Shown in pieces: positions 40,246-51,559 of a stretch of DNA of 64,000 nt. This DNA is from Azolla caroliniana. Taxonomy: Eukaryota; Plantae; Polypodiophyta. Within the stretch, counting starts at the first letter, position 1. The number at the start of each line of letters is the position of its first letter. The position numbers and the translations under genes are program-made. Under the pieces are notes generated by a model that saw only the letters and a program-made list of their open reading frames with translations, was not told the origin of the DNA and made no database searches. The stretch is taken from positions 13,392,001 to 13,456,000 of the forward strand of contig JBHGNT010000007.1 of NCBI GenBank assembly GCA_043228905.1, given 5' to 3'.

Positions 40246-41069
40246 ACATAACGTATCATTCCAGGACAAAGCACATCTAGAGGAGGTACCACTGGATCCA
40301 GGAGCGAGTAGAAGATCGAGAGTTTGTGCTGACAAAGATCCACACGGAGGAGAACGGGTCGGATATGCTGACCAAGGTGCTGACGCCCAACAAGCTGGAC
40401 GCATGGCGAAAGCGAATTGGACTAATCAGACATCCCATGTCGGAGTGAAGGGGGACTTTGTTAGGCTTTCGGTCCCTCCGGATGGGATAATGAAGGCCCC
40501 GTGAGAACCGGATGATGTAGGCCTCGTGAGAACCGAATGATGAAGGCCCGACGAGAACTGGATGATGTAGGCCCGGTAAGAACCGAATGATGAAGGCCCG
40601 GTGAGAACCCGATGATGAAAGACCCGATGAGAACCGGATGTTGCAGGCTCGGTGAGAACCTCTCACTAGATGAAAGGACATATATGTAAATATGTTCAAG
40701 AGAGCCCACCGGTGCTATATTTGTAAATTGCCCAAAAGTCATATTAGTATAAATATGACCTAGGGCAAACTCTTGATAAGAGTTGTTGTCATTATTTTGT
40801 TGTATAGTGTTATTGAGTTTAACTGTTGTACAGAGCGTAACAAAGAGCGAGCGAGAGAGATAGAAACAGAGTAAGTCTCTGTTGTAACCGCCACCAGGCA
40901 AAGAGTGTGAGGACGAGGTCGTTGCCTCTGTGTTCTTCACTGTATTCTCCTCATATAGTGATAGTTTGGAGTTTGTGGGCTCCTGTGGCTTTTCTCGTTT
41001 AGGGTTTTCACGAGGTCGTTGCCTTTGTGTTCTTCATTATATTCTCCTCATATACTGATAGTTTGGAGT

Positions 41070-41513
41070 TGTCATGAACACATGACCATTATGGCGTCAC
41101 CCGGACTTGAACCTCGAACCTTGTAATCTATACTTGAAAACCTCAACCATTAAGATAGCTTATTTTTATATGAAACAATAAAAGTTGCTTCTTGTATTAC
41201 ATTGATTATTGTAAAAACTCTAGATTATTCTAGAATGTTCTAGAATGTCTTAGAGCATTCTAGGTCTAGAACATTCTAGAACATTCTAGAAATCTCTAAG
41301 CTATTCTATAGGAACCTATAAATAAGGGCATACATGTATTCTCAAATCAATTTGAATCAACACCAGTCTTTAGCTCTCATTACATATCTTGTATCCATTC
41401 TCTTTCTTTCTCTATCTTATACATCCATTCTTCTCTTAGTATTTGGTTCCTTTCTTCTCGTGTTCTCTAATATCCTTCTTCCATCACTCTATCTTTTATC
41501 TTTGGTTTTGACA
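41070..41513 (+). mobile_element. Solo LTR in the 3' LTR of copia B, with a tRNA-like segment
   Basis: TGTCA...TGACA termini, perfect TSD GGAGT, CCTATAAATA at about 41315. Minus strand 41092-41160 reads TATCTTAATGG...GGTTCAAGTCCGGGTGACGCCA. Confidence 0.9.
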
Positions 41514-43457
41514 GGAGTCTGTGGGCTCTTGTGGTTTTTCCCGTTTAGGGTTTTCCATGTTAACATCCTATGCATTCTCTTCTGTTTGTGTACTTACTTC
41601 CATTTCTCCATTTTTACTGACAGTGTTTGATTAACATTAAGTGATCTAAGTCTCGGTTGTGGCCGAAGATTATTCCGCATATTCTCGTCACATGTGGCCT
41701 TCCAAGGCGTTGCTCCTTGTTCGAACATGGTTTTCTTCGACCAACAACATGGATTGAAGATCGAAAGAGGGCGGATTCTCCAGTGCTAATACGGCGGTCC
41801 TCATCGTGCCAAACCGTCGTGCAAGGCCGCGAGGCATATTTGCACCATCTTATCATCATCCACATTGATGCTTATCGAGCCGAGCAAGTCGCAAAGTTCC
41901 TTGATCTTCCAGGTGTAGCTTGTGATGGAAATATCCCTTTGTTGGATGTTGTTCAACTCTTGGCGGAATTGAAGCTTTCTCGTGGTTGTGTTGGTAGCGA
42001 AAATCTTTCATAGATTTTCCCATGCTTCCTTTGGCATCTCTGCTTCTCAAATGTAGCCAAGCATGTGGTCGTGAACACATGTCTCGAAGCAATACATCAC
42101 TCAGCTTGCCGCTTACTCCCATGTTGCGTAGTCGGCGTCCTTCGGGTCGGGTTGGTTTTGTTGTGCTCCTTTGATATAACCTCAATAGCCTTGGCCGACA
42201 AGGTATTGGTGCATCTTGTACTCCCAAGATGCAAAGTTGTTTCGATCTAGCTTCTCGCTAGGGACAACGCTCCCCATTTGAGTATTCATTGTCAATGAAG
42301 ATTTCTTCCTTCTTTTCTTTTCCTTCTCCCTCGACTACGAGCTATGTAGTCGCACTACGATAGCGATGAACCGGTACTTCTCGAACGTCGGCGTAGAACA
42401 CAACACACGTGGATGAGCGAGATCGAGTTACTAAACTACTCTGATACCATGTAAAGAATCAGGTATGATTCTTTTGTAGTGGAAGAGATATGTGTTACGT
42501 GTATGTGTGAGGAATTAGAGGAGAGAAGAGAGAACACAAGATAGATAAAAAAAAGGAATACTCAAGAAGAAGGTGTATATTCACAAAGGAATGTAGCATT
42601 ACAAAGAGTCTCTCTTCATTAACTAACTACAACAACCACTCTTTCTTGAAGAATGTGAAGACTCATAATCATGGGGAATATGTAACTCATTATTTATGTG
42701 TCATAGAATATGATTCTATGACACATAGTTAATGTGTAAAGAGTAGTGGTGTGAGTCTTAACCTTTGAGTAATCATAGATTCTCAAAAGGTGTGTGCACT
42801 ATGTTGAGATTGATTCTCAACAGTTCCTTATTGTGGTATGTTCGAATTCAATCTCTGCTATATGTATATTATATCTAATAGTCGATCAAGTTCCTATTTT
42901 GATTTACAGTAATTAGATCTATTGTTATGATTCTAAGTATGCTTATTCCACAATCATCTTGATTGAACGGTTCGATGATAGAACGTTTGTTGACCCATTG
43001 TGTTAGTTGGCAGAGAATCGACAAAGTGTTAACACAATATTTTGGCACGCTCGGTTACATCTACTATATGCAAAGAACGAGGAGAATGGATATTGTCTAG
43101 TCGACCAATTACAAACAAACCCGTAGAAAATAGAAGACCACGCACGAGATCAAAGAGCCAACGTGTAGAAGGTGGTATTTCCAATAGTTCAGAGATTGCC
43201 GAACAAGCCCAGTAAGAAGCTGAAGAGGAAATGAGAGCACTTCCCACGTTAACTACCAACAGTAGTTCGGAACAAGAGTAGTCCGACCAAAGGTACGTAG
43301 CCGCATTTTGTGAGGAAGATACAATGTTGTATCCCTATCCTAAGTATAATGACGAAGCTGATGCGGAAGCGTATGTGCGCACTTTTCTCACAACATGGCA
43401 AACGAACCATGTTTCACAAAGATTGTCAGATGCGGATGCCAACAAATTCAAAATTGC

Positions 43458-43619
43458 AAAGGATGTGAAGGAAACTTTCTTGTCTTGTCGGTGTAGAGCC
43501 ACTTCGAACAACTTTAGCGGTGTAGACAGTTAGCAAGAACTCTTCCAGAAGAGGATGTGAAGGAAACTTTCTTGTCTTGTCGGCTCTACAAGAGCCACTT
43601 CGAACAACTTTAGCGGTGT
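43458..43619. repeat. Direct duplication of about 65 bp
   Basis: AAGGATGTGAAGGAAACTTTCTTGTCTTGTCGG...AGAGCCACTTCGAACAACTTTAGCGGTGT occurs twice. Confidence 0.8.
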
Positions 43620-43719
43620 TACCGTACGAGATGTACGAAGGTTGGATAGCGGCAACTAGATCCAACGGCTAGAACAGCAGGACAGAATAACGACAGCCGA
43701 ACATCAACCACTTTTTGGC

Positions 43720-44470
43720 TAGAACGGTGGTTGGACAAGCGGCCAAGACGATGGCCAGAACAAACGGCCGACTAGAGACCGGTCGGACAGGGACGACAAA
43801 GATAGTGACGATGACGGCCGACAACGACGAGATAGGGACGAACAGAGAGACGGACGACAAATGGCGCCGGACAATGGAAACGATGGCGACAACAGAAGGA
43901 AACGAAACAGAATAAGAGGCGGCAGAAGGAAGAAGAGAGCATGCACGAAGCAAGAAGAAGAGAAGAAAGATAACATATAGGAAGGAAACAAGAAGAAGTC
44001 ATGAAAGAAGAGAGACGGACAAATAAGAAGATGAAGTGTTATTGGTAAAAAGAAAGGAGAAAGAGAAAGAGAAAAAGATGAAGAAGAGAAGGAGGAAGAG
44101 GAAGAGAAGGAGATGAAGAAGCAAAAACAAACCAGAATGACGACGACAACAATAGAGAAACAGAAAGAGGGGAGAATCAGGAAATAGAGAAACATAGACG
44201 TAGAAGAAGAAGAAACCAAGAAGAAAAGAAAATAAAGAAGAAAGGAGAAGAAAGAGAATAGGGAAGAAGGAAAAGAAGAGAAGGTCACAAAAGAAACCTA
44301 GTCCGCAAACAACGAATCAGATGCATATGTCTGTAGCAGTGGAAGCAGAAATAAAGAAAAGACGAGAACGTCACAAAAGAAATAAAAAAAACAAAAAATA
44401 AGGGAAAATAAATAAATAAATAAAAAGAGAGGGAAAAAGAGAAAGATAGGGGCATGAAAAAAATTCAAAA
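43720..44470 (+). repeat. Purine-rich low-complexity region, probably decayed TE interior
   Basis: GAC/GAA/AAG-rich tracts with no recognisable domain. Confidence 0.5.
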
Positions 44471-44721
44471 ACCTGAGGGTATCAAACCGAATTTTCAAAG
44501 ACTCAAGGATACATAGAAAAATTTTAAAACTCGAGGGCATCCCAAAATTTTGGAAATGCGAAACCACTTACATAAAATCAACGAGAGAAAGAATACACAT
44601 ACACATAATGTTTTTGAAGACCCGAAGGATGATACCAATGTGAAAGTGTCGATAGAACGGGAATGTTAGTGTCGAGGAAGATTCGCTGACTGAAGGAGAT
44701 ATTTGAGTCAAGCGTTCTGAT

Positions 44722-45597
44722 CATGGTTGTTTACGTACCCGTATTTAACATTTAAATACATATAGTATCTCATAATTTGTATAGTACGTACTATACCTCA
44801 ATATTGTTCAGTCAAATATCATGTACATTTGTCCAATACAGTATTTAACGTACATTTAAAAAAACAGGTATAATAAGTATTTATAAAAAAATGCAAGCAA
44901 AACCCCAACAAAAAACAAAAGAAAAAAAAGATTTTAGTGAAAAAGAAGCAAAAAGAAGAAAGAAGAATAGAATAGATGACGACGAAGAAGAAGAAGAAGA
45001 AGATGATGATGATGATAATGATGAAGAAGAAGAAGAAGGAGGAGAAGAAGAAAGAGAGAGAAAAGAAGACAAAAACCTGTCTTGACTCTGAGTGTGATCA
45101 TAGAAGATAGAAGAAGATGATAAAGATGAAGAAGAGCAAAAAGAAGATAGAAACCTATCCTAAGTGTGATAATCGGAGATGATTCCTCAATCTATGAAGG
45201 TATAATCGTAAATAATTACAATTTGAAGTAGAACATCGTGATACACACTTAGATTTATTTATAGAATAAGTGAATATTGACATCCATATTATAAGTATTT
45301 TAGGATGTGAAATGTTCAAATGTCTTATATGCATTTTAGGATGTAGAACTATAATGTACATCACAAAATTGTGTAAACATAGATGTTTTTTACAATATTA
45401 CAAATATTGTTTAGAAAGGTAAATAATTTTCAAATTCTAGAAGTATTTAATATACTATATATGTAAAATATGTTTTACGTATTTAACATATTAAAAAACT
45501 TATTTAACGTATTTTTAAATTTGGAGGTATTATACGCGTATTAATACGTTATATACGTATGGTATCCGTACCGTATCTAACGTACCTAACAACCTTG
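44722..45597. mobile_element. Non-autonomous hAT-like element (876 bp)
   Basis: TIRs CATGGTTGTTTACGTAC / CAAGGTTGTTAGGTAC (reverse complement). 8-bp TSD GTTCTGAT/GTTCCAAT. GTAC/TACG-rich subterminal motifs. Confidence 0.7.
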
Positions 45598-46029
45598 GTT
45601 CCAATCGAGGGAGTCAATCGATGAGAAGGTCGATGAAGTTTCCAGTCGAATAGAGATGATGATCAAGGCATGTGGGATCGACGTGTAAGGCATTGTCCCA
45701 CAGGCGTGCCATAATGTGTTACTGTACGAGATGTACGTAGAGGTGAGTGAGGGTGAAAGACTTAATGTTGTTGTGTGTGTGTAAATGTGCATAAGTGTAA
45801 TTGTAAGTATGGGTAGATACGTATATGAACACATGCACACGTGTGTGCATGTGGACAAATAAGAAGAGGTGTGAGTGAGTGATTAGTGTGAATGGCTAAG
45901 GGAGCTTGCACCCCTATGAATCTAGTAGCCTCATTGTAACTATTTAATCCTTATGAAGAATGAATGAATAAGGAAAAGATTTCTCTCTCAACTTCTCTCT
46001 CTTGTCATCTCTCTAGTGTTGGGTCCTCA

Positions 46030-46980
46030 AGAAATATCTTTTCGGCACTTTGGTAACATTGGTTCTTCAGTATGGGGTGGAAGTATGGGGCGGTAACATC
46101 CCTAAATCTATGTGGAAAGAGTTTGAAAATGTCCAAAAACATTTTCTTACAAAGTTTCTACAAGTTAAGAAACAAACGCCCTACACCCTCCTCATCCTTG
46201 AGACGGGATCGCTTCCCATTGAGATCATGGCCATGGAAAGGGTTGTTGAATACATGCTTAAGGTTCAAAAAGTCCCTCACATCGACTTCCTAGAATTGCA
46301 TGGGAAGCAAGCAAAAAGATCCAAAAGACACATAAAAGCAAAATTTTGTGTTCCAATTGGATGCAAGATATAGAAAAATGGTTTGGTAGATAGGATGTGA
46401 GACACTTGCTTCATGATGCATCACTAGATTCCTCTATAAATGAGGCATTTTTGCAACGCCAATGTATCATGACATGGGACAAATGTGGAGGCTCACGCTT
46501 CACACATTATACTACACATGTTGCACCTAACTACAAAACCATATTCTTTGCGAAACGGGGAAACCGTACAAATCGATACATGTTACCATCCCATTAACTG
46601 CCATTTGAACCATTGTTTCCATGCAACTTAGCTCACATGCATTGCGATGTGAGACAAGGTGTTGGGGCACAAGTGATGAGAGTGGTCGGCTATGCAAACT
46701 CGTTCGTGAGTTTGAGTATCACACTTTGATACAATGCTCTACCTTTGATAATATTCGACCATGCTTTCCACATCTCTTCAACTAAGCCCAATCCTTGCAC
46801 GAATTTCTCTCACAACCACAATGTGCACGCTCAATTGCAACATTCATTGGTAAAGTTCTTGACCATCGATAGTCATTGCTCACTTTCACATGTATCACGT
46901 GAAATGTAATATTTTTGGTCTCATAGGTCATATTTGACCTCCGAAGACGATAATATAATCTCTCTCTCTCTCTCTCTCTC
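46030..46980 (+). mobile_element. 5'-truncated non-LTR retrotransposon (RTEX/L2-like RT C-terminus and Zn finger) with a (CT)n tail
   Basis: LQYGVEVWG..FENVQKHFL..KQTPYTLLILETGSLP, then LSSHALRCET..RLC..EYHTLIQC; (CT)n at 46958-46980. Confidence 0.72.
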
Positions 46981-47064
46981 CCCCGTCTCACATTGAACCC
47001 CCCTTGGAAGGGGGGTGGAGCCATTCTAGGCACCACCCTCCACCCCACAATGATTCTCAACATC

Positions 47065-47313
47065 ACCCTAACCCACCCCGCAATGTTTATCAACATATCC
47101 GTTGTCATTGCGATCAATTCCACAACGTTCATTGCCATCATCATCACACTCACCATTTCTATATTCATCATCATTATCATTAACCCTAACCCACCCCGCA
47201 ATGTTTATCAACATATCCGTTGTCATTGCGATCAATTCCACAACCTTCATTGCCATCATCATCACACTCACCATTTCTATATTCATCATCATTATCATTA
47301 ACCCTAACCCTAA
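47065..47313. repeat. Tandem duplication (period about 118 bp) bounded by telomere-like CCCTAA motifs
   Basis: ACCCTAACCCACCCCGCAATGTTTATC...ATCATTA x2, ending in AACCCTAACCCTAAAC. Confidence 0.8.
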
Positions 47314-47319
47314 ACATAC

Positions 47320-48579
47320 AACACTGATTGTGTCTTCCAGAGTTGGAAGGCCATCGAACACGATTGCATCGTATAATAAACTAATTTTGAAAGGTGTGTC
47401 GGAATGGTGGCATGAACAATTCGATCTAATCATGTCCACTCATTCAACTTGTATTCTTCTGGAGGATTTTTGTATTCGATTGAATCTATTTGGCCTTTGA
47501 CGATCAAATAGTTCTACATTTGCTCCTTCTAGAAGTTGAAGTTTGAGCCATCGAACTTCCTAAGACTCACCTTGGATGAGCCGGATGTTGAAGCCATCTG
47601 AATCTATGTCGGCTGAAAGGCTCTATCTGGAGTTGGCTATGAACGGTAGGAGGGTACAGTCTGTTGGCTCACCCGAATTTGTTCTAGCCGAATTTGGACA
47701 CGAGCCAAATAAGCTTCAGTTGTAGGCGTGTTTTGTCCGGAGTGGCTATGACCAGTTTTGAGCCTAACCGAATTGGACACCCCCTCGAATTTTGTCAAGT
47801 CGGATGAAGCGCGGATGGTGTCGATTTTGAAGCCGATCCTATTTTGATTGATTACATCAAGTAAATGGACAATACCGACTAGCTTGTCCAGATGTCGTTT
47901 AACGTGGTGAAGCATGGGTGGGGCCGATTTGATGGAGATTCCACTCCAAGCTGCTACGATCACGGGAGTGAGGTACAACTGTCTAGCCTACTTGAGGAGT
48001 GATCTAGCTCAATGGAATGCAAATCAACAAGTGTCTTTCTATTCACAAAGTAAGATTTAGATAGTTGCCGAACAAAAGATTTTACTCAAATCTGAGAATC
48101 TGTTCTAACAACTATAACCAACTTGTTGTGACCTTCAAGGTGGTGAAGTCAGAGATGTTGTTGAGGGCAAATGACAGTCAGCAACGGAGTACAAAACCAA
48201 GCTCTAATACTAGATGCTGTAAATTGAGGACGTTAGTGTAGAATACAAAACAATACTATAGGTTGAAGAACAACAAGTTGGTGTAACCGAGATCAACAAA
48301 TAGAACAAATTCAGTACCAGAAACAACTTAGCAATAATCAAGATCAAGAAATAGAATGAGAGAGAGAGAGAGAGAGGCACAAAGTGGTAATTGTATTATT
48401 CAAACTATTACAGTACAAAAGAATGGCAACTAACAACCCCTACAAACTAGGTTACAAGTTCAGTTTATATATGAACTAAACTAGGGCAACTACCCTTTAC
48501 TATAATTATAGAATTGTCCTAAACCTAGTCTGTCCAAATGGGATAGTGTGAATACGTCCATTTTACACCTGTATTCGAC
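47320..48579 (-). mobile_element. Truncated copia remnant (5' LTR, decayed PBS, gag N-terminus)
   Basis: LTR-like 48218-48579 (TG...CA). PBS-like TAGTATTAGAGCTTGG near 48200. Gag from 47597: MASTSGSSKVSLRKFDGSNFNF*KEQM*NYL. Confidence 0.7.
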
Positions 48580-49150
48580 AATTACTAAAATATTAATAGT
48601 AATAATAATGACAACAAACACAACTAAATAATAATAATAACACTTGTAAGAATAAAAAAAAAAAAAAAAAAAAAAAAACCTCTCTCCCTTGTCGACAAAT
48701 ACCTATTGACAATAATCTAAACATTGAAAGACTTATACATTTCGCATTCTCATACCCACACAATCACAAATGCCTAATTACTTATTATACGCTATCATTG
48801 AAAAACATTGATATCCTCGAACTCTGAACTTTATAGAAGACTCGAGTCAACCCATCCTCTCCGTTCAAGTCCCCAATGGTCCCACTCAAATTTCACATGC
48901 ACGGCTTACCTTCACGACATCGCTTATCCACCATCCACCATATACTAGGAAGCCAAAAATGAAGAAACGCAACAATCATAAATTCCTAAAAGAGAACTAA
49001 TTCATCAAAATGTGGGAGCACAAGAAAGCACAAGAACAAGGAATGACTAATCAAACCCTACCAACAAGCCACATCATAAGGGAGGCCATCAATGATAACA
49101 CAAAGGATACTGTTGAAGCAACCCTTCATTTTCAATCACAACCTTGAAAG

Positions 49151-49476
49151 TAGGAATCGACAACGGTTTGATTTAGGCTTAACCGGGACAAACCAAACTG
49201 GTTAAGCCTAAACTGGTTTGGGGGTTTCCAAACTTGAACCGAACTAGTTTCTAACCGGTTTGGCCAAATCAATTTAGCCTAAACCAGTTTAGCCAAACCG
49301 ATTAAGCATAAACCGGTTTAGGCAAACCGAATAAGCCTAAACTGGTTTAGGCTTAACCGTTTGAGCAATCCCAAACCGAGCTCAAACTGGTTAAGGAAGC
49401 TCAAGACTAAACCAAACCGCCAAACCGTAGTTTGGCGGTTTAGTTTAGGCTTGAGCCGAGCTATTGCTGATTCCTA
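49151..49476. mobile_element. hAT-like MITE (326 bp)
   Basis: TIRs TAGGAATCGACAA / TAGGAATCAGCAA (reverse complement). 8-bp TSD CTTGAAAG/ATTGAAAG. Internal AAACCG/CGGTTT repeats. Confidence 0.82.
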
Positions 49477-50690
49477 ATTGAAAGCTATATTCTACTACTT
49501 CAACCATCAAGGGCATTATGTAGCACCACAACTACGTCGTTGCAACTGAGGAATGTTTTTTACAAGATTAATGGATATGACAACCCATGGGTATGTTCCC
49601 AACACAACCACATGTTGCGTTAGAAAGAAGAGCATCATACCCCACCAACAGAGACCACAACACAATATGTACACTAACCACTACACAGCTAGAAGTGGTT
49701 CTCTTAGAAGAAAACGACACGAGCCTGAGACAAGAAACACCTAATCAGTTACTACAACTTGAAGGTTCACTACCATCCCCAACTCATAGACAGAAGACAC
49801 ACCAATTGTTAGAGGATGAAACAATCCAGAGACCCATAAAGATACAACATTGTCGGAGCCCAACATCGGCATAATAATGACCAAGGTACTCCCTCAAATA
49901 ACAACCACTAGAACCACAACATCCCAAAACAAGGCTACAAACACAATAATGACCAAGGAGATTAGTGTCCTACACACAACCAAAAAAATACTAGAACACC
50001 TAAAAGAGCCATGTACCTCCCAATCTCCAACAAATAGCTCAACTCCACTTGAGCATGCAGGGAGGCCATTGACAAACCCCACGAAGAACTAGTGAAATGT
50101 CATACCACCAAATGTGGCTCAAGCATTACGAGTGTACACAAGCATGGCTTCATACCTAATGGATTTATTTCTAACCCCTTGTACATCTCAAGTAATCAGG
50201 AACAAATGAAAGAGGCTCTTCGTTCTTTGTCGGCCACAAAGAAGGTGTTCTATTGCGATCGAGTGGTTTTTGTCCATAGTGTTTTTGACATCCAATCAGG
50301 ACAAGAAGTTGGGAGTCCCACGTTTCTTGCGACATTATTGTGCCGGATTTAAATGCATGCAACATCAATATCGCTGAATCGGACTGGACAAGAAGGTGTA
50401 CGGTATGCTTCCTGGCTTCGTTGCAACCAGATGGTTAGGGTGCACGACATTTTTTGTGTGAAGGAAATCATGAAGCCCAACGTTATACAAGTTACTAGTG
50501 AGGCGAGAATTTTGTCGTCAATATTATTGGTTTTGGGTGTTTCAGTGTGTGAACAGAGAAAAGAAAGAGCAGCCCATCCATCCTTTCCCATTGTTAGTCA
50601 CGACTCACAACACATAACGAATTCCGTACATATTTGTCTTGTTACTGTTTGTTGTCGGTTAAAAGGAGTTAACTGTTTTAACTCCTGCCT

Positions 50691-50693
<3 letters not shown>

Positions 50694-50736
<43 letters not shown>
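50694..50736 (+). repeat. (TCA)n microsatellite just upstream of the DUF1218 start codon
   Basis: About 14 TCA units. Confidence 0.95.
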
Positions 50737-50773
50737 GATCAGATCAGAGAAGAAGCAGAGATTTTCATGGAAC

Positions 50774-50866
50774 ATGAAGGTACGAACATTTTCTCTGCTC
50801 TCCATGGCTCTTCTCGGCTTCCTTTCAGGCATACTCGGCCTCATCGCAGAAAGGAAAAAGATAGAG
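50774..50866 (+). CDS. DUF1218-family membrane protein, exon 1
   Basis: MKVRTFSLLSMALLGFLSGILGLIAERKKIE then GTACAT donor, phase 0. Not in the ORF track. Confidence 0.85.
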
Positions 50867-51559
50867 GTACATGTTTTCTCTTTTAAATAGATATCAACGA
50901 GAAAACTATTCTTCAATTGATTCTTGGGAGAGAAGGAAAAAAACACATGAGTAGCTATGGGATAACAAATTTAGGGTTTTCTGTTTTGCTGAACAATCAG
51001 TGTATGCCACCTGTAAATATAAATAGCTATGGACAAGAAAAGGATTATTTTCATGGGTATTTCCCACCGGGTTGAAGGCACGGTTCAATTCCAGGCATTC
51101 GGTTGGGGTTGGCGCATGGGTGAGTGTGAGGCTCAGGGTTAGACATGGTGGAGCGTATATCTCCTTTTCATGGGTGACTTTTTTCCCGTACAATTGTTTG
51201 GGACACATCAGGGAATGTGAGCAAGCTTTCCCACCAAGGAAAAACATCTAAAACTTCTCCATTCTTCTAGATCCTGCCCTATAGAACTTGTCATGTCAAA
51301 CACTATAGGGAAACATGAGGGTAATGTAATTTATTTAAGAAATAATAATAAGTTTAGTATTTGATAAATAATAAGCTTGAAAAGAAAAACAGAAGCTCTT
51401 GTTTTTGACAAAATGGGCACAGTGGATGACTATAAATAGTCATTACAAAGATTCTAGTGCTACAATATTAAAATGAATTACGGTTCATGTCAATATCTAC
51501 AGGAATTCATGTGATTCCTGTGAATTCTCTGAATACCTATGAATTAGCATTCATAATTC

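Larger units (their letters stand above)
28503..41690 (+). mobile_element. Ty1/copia element B (Tnt1/Tork-like), full length but decayed, inserted in copia A gag
   Basis: LTRs 28503-29097 and 40459-41690, perfect TSD CATGT, PBS TGGTATCAGAGC at 29101, PPT GAAGGGGGA. Gag, CFYCGKLGHFQKNC, WVIDSGASFH, LWHKRLCH, LELVHTDVC, RT YKARIVVKGF..LYMDDM, RNase H FTDSDM..TEAEY. Confidence 0.95.
2628..42822 (-). mobile_element. Ty1/copia element A, outer scaffold of the nest
   Basis: 5' LTR 42450-42822 with PBS TGGTATCAGAG at 42439-42449. 3' LTR 2628-16026 is interrupted; its two ends match the 5' LTR, with the PPT next to 16027. TSD GTTCT/GTTCC. Coding pieces: gag 41696-42290, knuckle/PR/IN 26458-28502, RT/RNase H 16200-17742 + 25726-25833 (YVDDL; GYTDADWAG..DRRSTSG). 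Confidence 0.9.
2287..43460 (+). mobile_element. Gypsy 5' LTR (2287-2627 + 42828-43034) split by a 40-kb insertion, followed by PBS and a degenerate gag
   Basis: TGTTA...TAACA termini and TATAAAA at about 2526. TGGCACGC PBS-like motif at 43043. Gag PYPKYNDEADAEAYVRTFLTTWQTNHVSQ (43324) resembles gag ORF 23761-24039. Confidence 0.6.

Noticed and set aside
43719-45085. Phe/Ser-rich and Glu/Asp-rich ORFs
   Set aside because: They are translations of low-complexity purine tracts with no domain signal.
48900-50340. Short ORFs suggesting a gene or LINE remnant
   Set aside because: No recognisable motifs in the frames I could read; left unassigned.
50353-50886. 177-aa ORF with poly-Ser as a gene
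   Set aside because: The poly-Ser is the (TCA)n microsatellite; the real exon 1 is in another frame (50774-50866).
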